Assembly (NCBI RefSeq): GCF_006345805.1
Contig: NW_021832979.1
Coordinates: 111-64,110, forward strand
Source: Octopus sinensis
Lineage: Eukaryota
Direction: 5' to 3'
DNA length: 64,000 nt
Of the stretch, positions 53,145-64,000 are shown piece by piece (within the stretch, counting starts at the first letter, position 1; every line of letters starts with the position of its first letter). The notes beneath the pieces were generated by a model. That model saw nothing but the letters and a program-made list of their open reading frames with translations. It searched no databases and was not told the DNA's origin. The position numbers and the translations under genes were made by a program.

Positions 53145-53222
53145 TGGTTGTTGCTGCTGCAGCTGCGTCTCCCACTACTGCAACTGCTGCTGCTACTACT
53201 ACTACAACCACTGCTGCTGCTG

Positions 53223-53258
<36 letters not shown>

Positions 53259-53444
53259 ATACTAGTGATTGAAAATATTATTTATTTACGCTCATTCACA
53301 CATATCTACATATATATATATCTACGTATGTATATATGCACTTGTGTATCTCAGTCTCTATGTATCTATCTATTTTTCTCTCTCTCTCTATCTGTTTGTA
53401 TGTCTGCCTGTGTGTTTGTCTGTCTGTCTGTGTGCTTGGTCTGC

Positions 53445-53521
<77 letters not shown>

Positions 53522-53530
53522 AATCTATCA

Positions 53531-53578
<48 letters not shown>

Positions 53579-53660
53579 GTCTGTCTGTCCATCTTTCTAC
53601 ATGTCTTTCTGTCTGTCTGCGTGTCTGTCTGTCCGCCTCTCTCTCTCTCTCTGTCTCAGA
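53145..53660. repeat. (CTG/CTA)n, (TCTA)n and (CTGT)n tracts
   Basis: Directly visible. Confidence 0.85.
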
Positions 53661-53691
<31 letters not shown>

Positions 53692-53863
53692 CATATATAT
53701 GTATATATATACATACATATATATTATATATATATATATATATATAATTCTTTTTTCTTTTGTCTATCAGCCTTTGTCTCACACTCTCACGCTATCTGTT
53801 TCATACATACACACATCCATACACCTACCTACACACACATTTACATACATACACACACACACA

Positions 53864-53894
<31 letters not shown>

Positions 53895-54177
53895 ATACAC
53901 ATACATACATACATGTGTACACCTAAACACGTACACCTAAATCATGCGCGTAGGTGTATATATGCATTTATATATGAGAAATTTACATACATACCTATGT
54001 GTATGTAGTTTTGAGTGTGTGTGTGTGAGAGTGTGGATGTGTGTGTGTGTGTGTTTGTGTGCGTGCGCGCGCATATAAGCTGTCTACTTTGATTTTAGCT
54101 GCTTTTATCTTAACAACTCTATGCTTGTGAAACATCTGCCTCTTACATTTACCGCACTTACGTCTCAATCTTGATTG

Positions 54178-54248
<71 letters not shown>

Positions 54249-54328
54249 CTATATTATATATATATACAGTATATATAATATATATATATTATACACATAT
54301 ATATATATATTATATTATATATATATAT

Positions 54329-54372
<44 letters not shown>

Positions 54373-54443
54373 AATGCATATATCTATCAGTCTCTCTCTA
54401 TATATATATCTGTGTATGTAGGTATGAATGTGTGTATGGACAA

Positions 54444-54486
<43 letters not shown>

Positions 54487-54924
54487 GGGAGTGAAAACGA
54501 ATGATAAATATGCAGAGAGTGTTTTATGCGCTTTATTTCGCTGTGAAATAACGTACGTTTTGAAACCTTTGCCGCCATATTTCATCTTTTTGTAGCAAAA
54601 CACTGAATCTTGCGTTTCTAAGAACAGCCCTCTGCAAGAAATAAAGACCCAGACGAATACATGTCACTATGGAGTAAGGAAATATACAAGAAAGCATGAA
54701 GATAACTGCTTATTCATAGACCGAATAAATACAACAAAACTGTCATAAAATATCTGGAAACTAAAATTCAGTTTTGTACACTGCATCCAGTAAAATTGTG
54801 CATCTCCCGAAATTGAAACGCAGCTTATGTAATTTGGTGGAATTAAAATCTTTAAAAATCATGTCATTTTAAAAAATAATATAAATATACTTTGCCAATG
54901 TACGTCAGGTGAATCCATATATAT

Positions 54925-55325
54925 ACTCTTTTTTTTTACTTGTTTCAGTCATTTGACTGCGGCCATGTTGGAGCACCGCCTTTAGTCGAGCAAATTGACC
55001 CCGGGACATATTCTTTGTAAGCCCAGTACTTATTCTATCGGTCTCTTTTGCCGAACCGCTAAGTTACGGGGACGTAAACACACCAGCATCGGTTGTCAAG
55101 CAATGCTAGGGGGACAAACACAGACACACAAACACACACACATACACATATATACATATTTATACATATATACGATGGGCTTCTTTCAGTTTCCGTCTAC
55201 CAAATCCACTCACAAGGCATTGGTCGGCCCGGGGCTATAGCAGAAGACACTTACCCAAGATGCCACGCGGTGGGACTGAACCCGGAACCATGTGGCTGGT
55301 TAGCAAGCTACTTACCACACAGCCA
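54925..55325 (-). mobile_element. Near full-length SINE family B
   Basis: Reverse complement of 49873-50320. Confidence 0.85.
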
Positions 55326-55648
55326 CACACATACACACACAAGCACACTATAATTTTACTATGTTTTGCTATATAATTTTAGAGCATCATTTGAGGGAGA
55401 TTTCACTGATATTTCTAGTAGGCCAGGTTTGTTTGCGTAGACCCCTCGCTTCGATGGTTTCGTACAACCGATGTTTCTTTTTCCTTCGTTGTCGATCTGA
55501 CACATATTCACAATTCTTGGAAAGCTCCAAGAAGGAACGGACAGTCTGTTGATTCCGATTTAATGGTTAATAACCATTTGATAAGTCTAATCAGATTAGG
55601 TGGTGAGAGTCAAACAACGCCATCTATATCAATACATACGTATATATA

Positions 55649-55689
<41 letters not shown>

Positions 55690-55825
55690 CACATATATAT
55701 ATACATATAAATATATATGGATGCGTATGTGTGTGTGTGTGTGTTTATTTATATACATAAGAAATATACATGAATGTATACTGGTTCATGTGTGTAATTA
55801 TTATATACTATATGCTTACATACAT

Positions 55826-55877
<52 letters not shown>

Positions 55878-57111
55878 ATACATAGTTACATACATATAAC
55901 ATTCACGTGAATTAAATGAATATAAATTGGTTGTTTTTTGGTGAATGCCTTCAATGGGGAAAGTCAATTTATGATGTATTTTTTCTTTTTTCTTTTTTTT
56001 CCGGTTTTATTAGTATCTGTGGACTTTATAAAGTGTCCAATTGAGATTTTAAATGACTATCTACGAGCGTGATTTCTTAGCCGTTACTAAATTGATTTCG
56101 GAAAGAAATATTTGGTGGCCATTGACTGATGTTTGAAACAAAGATTGATTGATAGACTCTTGAATGGTGTCAGCAGTCTCCGTCAGTTATAAAATTCTTT
56201 TGCAAGATATGTAACAGATCAACCAGTCAATCAATCAATCAATCAGTAAATTAATCAAACAATCAATGAATTCATCGATATTGATATTGAACAATATTAA
56301 AAGTTTTATGAAAGTTATGAACTATGTTTTCATTTTATTCTACTTTATTTTATAAAGCATTTGGTGAACTACAGCCTCGGTATCTTTGATCAACGCCTAC
56401 CATCAGTCAGATGTGTGGCTTTCTGCTCAGTGCAGAACAAGGAGCTCCGATATTACGGATATATATATATATATGTCCGTGTTCCATTATATTAAGGAGC
56501 ATAGGCTCGAAACATACAGTACTTTCTCACTTCCCGAGCGTTAAACTAATACATCTGTTTGCTGTTTGCACACCCGTCTTCGTCTTGTGTTTTTCTTTGG
56601 TAAATTCTCATTATATATATATATATATATATATATCTGTAAATGTATTATATGACTGTTATTCGGTAGCCATGATAAAACTCCGAGTTTCGGATGCCGA
56701 GGTGGAAATCCACGCCGCCATCTCTTTAGTTATTCGGCCATCGGAAAAACGCTATGAAAAATGACCGTTATACAAAGGGAAATTACTGTGTGATTGACCC
56801 TTATTAAGACAAAAGAACTATTCGGATGACCGCTAGGTAAGAGGGTGGAGTAAAGTAAGGGGGTAAAATGGTCATTGTATTCGCGTAAACACGCCTGTTC
56901 ATACCTACACATGTGCGTCCGGCACCCACGTACATGCGCCTAAAAGTATACATTCATCCATACTCTCTTGAAAAACGTACACATCCTCACACTCATCCTT
57001 CGCCAAATGCATATGTATATACATACAAACGCACGCGCACCATAAAGGTCCATACACACGTCTAGATACGTACAAGCACAAGGGAAAACAGGGTTAAGGG
57101 AAACAATACAG

Positions 57112-57233
57112 AAAAAAGACACAAGGGAGTATACAAAGAGTAAACCACGTCTGTATTCGCACATACACTTATGCGCGCATATGTGCGTATATAGACGTGG
57201 TTTACTCTTTGTATACTCCCTTGTGCCTTTTTT
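57112..57233. repeat. Near-perfect hairpin: 54-bp arms, 14-nt loop
   Basis: 57112-57165 versus the reverse complement of 57180-57233: 3 differences. Confidence 0.9.
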
Positions 57234-58180
57234 CCGAAGTTTCTAGAAATTTTGCCTGCTATTATAAAAAGCTGGATTATTGAGCATTCGCGCAGAGTCG
57301 CCTAAGATTTTACCTGAAATTTTGTCATTTTGTTCCACTAAATGTGCTCTCACTTGCGTCTGGATGTTTTTGAATTATAGACGTTGTATAGAATGCTCGA
57401 CAAATGTAATACACATCATTCTGTGATGCCGACAGATATACAAATATCTTCTGTCTGTCTGTCGGTCTCTCTATCTATTTAACACTCATTTCTGTACCTG
57501 ATAATTTATATCAGTAAATCAAGTTCTTTATGTTTATTGAAATTACATAGTATATATACACAAATAATAAACATGAGTGTACACGGAGGTTATGTACGCG
57601 TCGGCGTATGTCCTATATGGTTTAATATACACGCTTACACACAACCACACTTCCCCTAATATGTATATGAGTTTCATAAATATATATGTATAAATGTATA
57701 TACACACATATAGACACACATGCACACATATATAACACACACCCACACATATTACACACATACACAGAGACATATATATATATGCTCACAAATCTATATT
57801 TATGCTAAACAAAAATCGCTCACCTATGCGTCTAAATAGAGAGGAAGGATTCCATTTGACGCCGCGAATCTTCTCAAAGATAAAAGTAACAGATTGGAAC
57901 TATTTAGCATACTCAACAAAGTATCATCCGATTCTTCAATTCCACAAATCTCCAAATTGAAGCATTGCCATTAAATTTTTATTTTCATTTTGAAAGATAT
58001 TTTGAAAGATATTTTGAAAGTTGTTTAATTCAGACTTTACATAGGAACATGGATAAATTGTGAAAGACGAATAAAAATAAAAAAAACAAAAACATGTATA
58101 TCTGTAATTAATAATAGGTAAACTTTCTGAAGCAATATATATAAGTGCTAATTTAGGTATGAATGGAAGATTGTTGTGTT

Positions 58181-58238
<58 letters not shown>

Positions 58239-59014
58239 ATATTATATGTATATATTTCAATATATCTATATATATATTTTCATATTATATTATATATATA
58301 TTATATATATATAATGCATTCATACATATGTGCTGAAAAGTACTATGTAGGTGTTTAAGGATGTGTGTATATATATACACATATATATATGTGTGTGTGT
58401 GTGTGTATGTGTGTGCGTGTGCATGCATATGTATATATACACATACAGAGAGAGCGAGAGGGAGAGATAAATGAATTGATAGATATATATAGATACATAC
58501 GCACGTACACAAACACACACACACACACACACAGAAGTACACACACTAACAAACACACGCACACAAAAATACAAACACACACATAAAGAAACACACACAA
58601 ATACAAACACACGTACAGAAACCCACACACAAACACACGCACATAAATACATACACTACACACACAAACATACACACATATATGTCTCTGTGTTTGTAAC
58701 CATTTATGTCTTTCGGAATACAAATGCTTAGTTATGTATAAATATATAAGTGTATTGTATATTTGCTTCTATGAATGCATGCTCCTATGTATGGTTGGTG
58801 CGTTGGCTGGCTGGCTGGCTGGCTGGCTGGCTTGCTGGCTGGATGTGAATGTTTGTAATTATATAGAAATTCGTCTTTGTATCGATATGAATACGTCTGC
58901 ACGTACATGTGTTTATAACTAACTATAGTTACGTATGTATTTATATGTTTGTATATACAAATATAGTGCTTGCATGTATAGATTAAAACATGTTCACACA
59001 CACACATGCAAGCG

Positions 59015-59046
<32 letters not shown>

Positions 59047-59225
59047 CACGCGGATATATTCTTACGCATATGTATATGATATGAATACATATCCAAATGC
59101 ACATATTCCTTCGCTGTTTATCAAAAGTTTCTTTTATATAGATATGAATATTCCAAATTCATAACGTCGACTAATACTGCATTTGTGCATTCTGAATGGT
59201 GCGGTAGATCTGTATATATAATGCG

Positions 59226-59405
<180 letters not shown>

Positions 59406-60534
59406 TACTAGGTTGAGGAAAAATTCATGCGTCGTGTTAAAATAATGATTTTTTTTATGCAAGAATTTATTCAAAATGCAACAACTGTCAGTTTCGCGAG
59501 ACCATGGACCTGCGCCCGGAGAATCTGTGCCAGCTGCTAATGGTGGCACAGCGTCTACTGCAGCTGCGCAGACTCACACGGGAGTCTCAATCTCTCATGC
59601 AGCGACTGCATTTGAAGAAACTGTTCACCGGTGCTACTGACGTTTCTTTTCTATCTCGAAACTTCCATATACATACATACTCATGCACACACATATATTT
59701 AAGCATATATATATATGGGTATATATATATAATACCATTATTAATAATATAATATATTAATAATATAATCAATAATTTTAAAATCAACAATTATTTCCGG
59801 GTAGATTTTGGTATGGAAATATAACCATTATCGGTAGGAACATTTAAAAAAAGTTTTATATATATTATTATATATAAAGAAAAAGGGCAAATAACAGTTG
59901 CTTAGCTTCATACCGAATGCTTGCCCCTTTTATTATATATATAGTGTATATTATATATAGAATATATATATATATAATATATATATATATATGGTAGTAC
60001 ATATATATATGTTGTGTGTATTTATGTATGTATGTATGTATGTATGTATGTATGTATGTATGTATGTACACATGCAATATACATACATTTATATACAGCT
60101 ATATACACAGAAACACCTCATCTCAAATGCACTTGCAACATCAAATCTCTCCTACCTGACAGCGAAAGCGAGACCATTCATTCACACGCCGGCATTTCCT
60201 TTTGGCACCAACGCAAGAATTCTGAGAATGGTTCTATCTATATTTAATGAGTTCTAGCTTAATGCTTTACATCATATTGCTTTATCGATTCAATATTCTC
60301 TCAATATCTTGACACTAATATAATATAATGAGGCGTTGATTGGATTATTAAACTCCCTTGGTATTGATCGTAGGAAAAATCCCTTTTTAACACCTTCAAC
60401 TCCAATCGTTGCTTAATACTGACAGAATAATTATTATACTGTTCTCTTGATATCTGAAAGCTTGGGGTAAACATTTAAATGGATTCCATGATATTATCAT
60501 TATTATTATTATTAGAAGTATTATAAATGTTGAT

Positions 60535-60790
60535 GCGACCTGGTAGAATCGCTACCGCGCTGGGAAAAAATGCTTAGTATTATCTCGTCTGTCTTTATGT
60601 TCTGAGTTCGAATTCAGCTAAGTTCGTCCTTGCCTGTTATCCTTTCGGAGTCGATGAAACCAGTTCCAGTTGCGTACTGGGGTCGATGAAATCGACTAGC
60701 TCCCTTATCCAAAATATCAGGCCCTGTGCCTGTAGAAGAAAGGATTGTAATAATAACAATAATAATAATTATAATTATTATTATTATCAT
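60535..60790 (+). mobile_element. Diverged SINE family A monomer with (AAT)n tail
   Basis: TGGTAGAATCG..AATGCTTAG..CTGAGTTCGAATTC..GGGGTCGATGAAATCGAC..GTAGAAGAAAGG. Confidence 0.65.
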
Positions 60791-60817
60791 TATTAATAAT
60801 AATAATAACAATCATTA

Positions 60818-60861
<44 letters not shown>

Positions 60862-60904
60862 GTTATTGTTGTTGTTGTTGTTGTTATTATTATTATTATT
60901 ATTA

Positions 60905-61070
60905 TTTTCTACTCTAGGTACAAGGCCCGAAATTTTTTGGGAAGGGACCAGTCGATTAGATAGACTACAGTACGCAACTGGTACTTAATTTATCGGCCCC
61001 GAAAGGATGAAAAGCAAAGTCGACCTAGGCGGAATTTGAACTCAGAACGTAAAGACAGACGAAATACCGT
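60905..61070 (-). mobile_element. SINE family A terminal module
   Basis: CTACTCTAGGTACAAGGCCCGAAAT..TTTGAACTCAGAACGTAAAGACAGACGAAATAC. Confidence 0.75.
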
Positions 61071-61099
61071 TAATAGCAATGTTTTGTTACTACTATCCT

Positions 61100-61467
61100 T
61101 GGTTAACACCAGTTACCACCGTGAACGATCAGACCTATGTTTAATGTCTTTCCATCCGTAGCCATCTGTTTGTTCCTTCTTGAGCCAGGCCTGGCTCATA
61201 AGGGCCGTTCCCCCGGTTTCTTGGCGTATAGGTTCCCCACCTGGATGGGACGCCGGTCCGTCGCAGGTGAGCTGCAAGACGCAAGAGGAAAGAGTGAGAG
61301 AATGTTGTGGCGAAAGAGTCAGCAGAAGTTCGACGTTACCTGCTGCCGGAGCCGCGTGGAGCTTAGGTGTTTCGCTCATAAACACACACATCGTACGATC
61401 TGAGATTCGAATCCGAGATCCCTCGACCGCGAGGCCGCTGCTCTAACCACTAGGCCATATGCCTCCA
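61100..61467 (-). mobile_element. tRNA(Arg)-like SINE (family C variant)
   Basis: Head TGGAGGCATATGGCCTAGTGGTTAGAGCAGCGGCCTCGCGG..GGATTCGAATCTC. The first ~150 nt resemble 30094-30396. Confidence 0.7.
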
Positions 61468-62134
61468 CTTAGCCATCTGGTCTCTCTCTCTCTGCTAAAT
61501 TTTATCTCTCACTCCAATAATCTTGTATGCCATTCCTATTTTATTTTTGAAACCGTCACTTTAGTTTGTAAGAAATAAAATAAAAATAGGCTGCTGTTTC
61601 TAGCAACTACAGACGATTTCATTGAAGTTATTGTTATTGGATGTAGTGTTACGGCTGGTAATGTTGTTCTTTTTCTTGTTGTTGTTGTCGGTGGTGCGAC
61701 ATTGTTATTGTTGGTGGTCGTAGCAGCGGTGGTAGACGTAGGTGGTTATCGTTTTATCTTTAGCTTCTCTCTGATGTCAGAGTGCAATAACTGTCTTTGA
61801 GCAGGATGAACATTTACGTGTGAAAATCATTTTAATTTGTGGAAACGCAGAGGAAGCAGACGTTCTTGACAGATGTGGATCCGAAAATTAATAACAATGT
61901 TGACGCTACTCCTAATGACCAATGCACAACAAAGATTAAACAATATATACAATATGGCGTCGGTTGAAATCTCATCAAAGTAGGACAGCACAGCGGCCAT
62001 CTTGCAGAACGAGACGAACCACAACAATAGAGAGTCGTAGATTGGCAGGAGTTCTGTGCGATTTCATTTGAAAGATGGAGGTCTGCTGTCAAACAAAACC
62101 GCATCGTCTTGGTCTTCCTTTAATATTGGTGTGG

Positions 62135-62925
62135 TCTGTGTGTGTGTGTGTGTATGTGTGTGAGAGCGTGTGTGTATATGTGTGAGTGTATGTGTGTTTA
62201 TGTGTGTGAGTGTATGTGTATATGTGTGAGCGTGTGTGTGTATGTGTGTCAGTGTCTGTGTATATGTGTGCGTATTTTTATGAGTATGTGTGTATATGTG
62301 TAGATGTGTGTGTGAATATGTGTGCGTATGTGTGTGTATATGTATAAGTGCTTATTTATATGAGTGAGTTTGTGTGTATATGCGTAGATGTTTGTGAATA
62401 TGTGTGAGTGTGTGTGTGTGTATGTGTAAGTGTGTATTTATATGAGTGAGTATGTGTGTATATGTGTAGATGTGTGTGAATATATGTGAGTGTGTGTGTA
62501 TTTGTGTGTGAATGTTTATGTGTGAGTGTGTGTTTATATGTGTGGATGCGTGTGTATATATGTGAGTGTATATATGTATGTATATGTGTGCGTGTATGTA
62601 TATGTGTGTGAATGTGTGTATATGTGAATGTATGTATTTACATGTGTAAATGTGTATATCTAAGAGACTGTGTGTGTATGTTTGAGTGTGTGTTTATATG
62701 TGTGGGGTGTGTGTATCTACATGTGTGTGCATATGTGTCAGTGTGCATCTATGTGTGTGTATGTATGAATATGTGTGTATATGTGTGATTGTATGTGTAT
62801 ATGTGTCAGCGTGTGTGTGTGTGTATGTGTGTTCGAGTATGTCGGTGTGTGTATTCATGTGTGTTTGAGAGTATTTGTAATAAATGTGTACGTGTGTATG
62901 TATGCATGCATATATGTATATATGA

Positions 62926-62958
<33 letters not shown>

Positions 62959-63640
62959 TATATGCATGTGTACTTGTTTTCTTTTGTGGGTATGTGTGTG
63001 TTAGTGCACGTGTGAATCTATGAGAATACTTTCGTGTATGTCTATCAGTATGTTAGTGTACGTTTGTGTGTTTGTGTGTCTGTACGCGTGTATGCGCGTA
63101 TGTGTGCGCGTGTGTAAGTGTGTGTGTGTCTGCATCCGTGAGATTTTTTGCATTATTGAGATATTGGCGTCTACGTTTGTCTTCGTGTGTATGCTTGTTC
63201 GTAGGTGTGCGTGCATCGGTTTGCATATATGTGTGAATGTGTGTGTATATGTGTGAGTGTGTGTGTATATGTGTGTATACGTTCTCATTGTGTATACGTA
63301 AACCTGTATGTTGGTATGTATGCGTATGTATGGCATTCTTTAAGTATACCTATGAGCTGTTTGAGGTTTTTGAATCTATGTTCGTCTCGCGGGTATTCTT
63401 GCTTGCTCGACTGTATGTATGTATGTATGTATGTATGTATGTATGTATGTATGTATGTATGTATGTAGGTAGGTAGGTATGTATGTAGGGTATGTGTGTG
63501 TGTGTTAGTGTGTGTTTGTTTGTCTATGTGCGTGCGTCTGTGCGTGTGCGATTCTACTCATATCTGCATATAAGTGGTTATGTATACGTGTGTATGTGTG
63601 TGTGTCTAAATATTTGTCCTATTTGTGTGAGTGTGTGTGT
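62135..63640. repeat. Degenerate (TG)n/(TATG)n low-complexity region
   Basis: Directly visible. Confidence 0.85.
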
Positions 63641-63804
63641 GTTTACTTTTACTTGTTTCAGTCATTTGCCTGCGGTCATGCTGGAGTACCACCTTTGTAA
63701 ACATAGTACTTATTCTATCAGTTTCCTTTTATATAAATTACATTTATATATATAAATGTATATATTCTTTGATATGTAATACATATTATATATACTATAT
63801 GTAA

Positions 63805-64000
63805 TATACTCTTTACTCTCTTTTACTCTTTTATTTGTTTCAGTCATTTGACTGTGGCCATGCTGGAGCACCGCCTTTAGTCGAGCAAATCGACCCGGGA
63901 CTTATTCTTTTGTAAGCCCAGTTACTTATTCTATCGGTCTCTTTTGCCGAACCGCTAAGTAACGTGGACGTAAACACACCAGCATCGGTTGTCAAGCAAT
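63805..64000 (-). mobile_element. SINE family B 3' portion (runs off the window end)
   Basis: TTACTCTCTTTTACTC..CAGTCATTTGACTGTGGCCATGCTGGAGCACCGCC.. Confidence 0.8.

Noticed and set aside
60152-60218. Possible 66-nt minus-strand exon (AG..CAG/GTAGGA; NSCVGAKRKCRRVNEWSRFRCQ)
   Set aside because: Short, weak acceptor, no recognisable homology and no neighbouring exons to connect. Such matches arise by chance.
61780-62110. Unique-looking segment with CAAGATGGCCGC (YY1-like/start-codon context) on the minus strand
   Set aside because: A single motif without a supporting ORF, splice donor or CpG island is insufficient.

Overview
AT-rich, microsatellite-saturated animal genomic DNA. The repeat landscape (tRNA-derived and CORE-type SINEs, RTE LINE debris, mariner/maT remnants, long (TA)n, (TG)n, (TATG)n, (TCTA)n and (TAA)n tracts) resembles an octopus-type cephalopod genome; this assignment is inference. 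No host protein-coding gene can be called with confidence, and almost all ORFs in the supplied track are translations of simple repeats. The only long coding remnant is a frameshifted Penelope-like retroelement (PLE, Naiad-like: YRDD RT plus C-terminal GIY-YIG) at 12705-18160, with direct and inverted pseudo-LTRs that each carry a type I hammerhead ribozyme (HHR). The main unexplained signal is a set of HHR-bearing elements from several unrelated families, nearly all adjoining (TA)n. These are a non-coding 535-555 nt tandem-monomer family at two loci (one with a ~380 bp fold-back palindrome) that looks like an animal retrozyme/circular-RNA replicon, a second PLE 3' end with a long-stem-II HHR, and several minimal HHRs. 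Coordinates were read by eye and may be off by a few bases. Identities are visual estimates, not computed.
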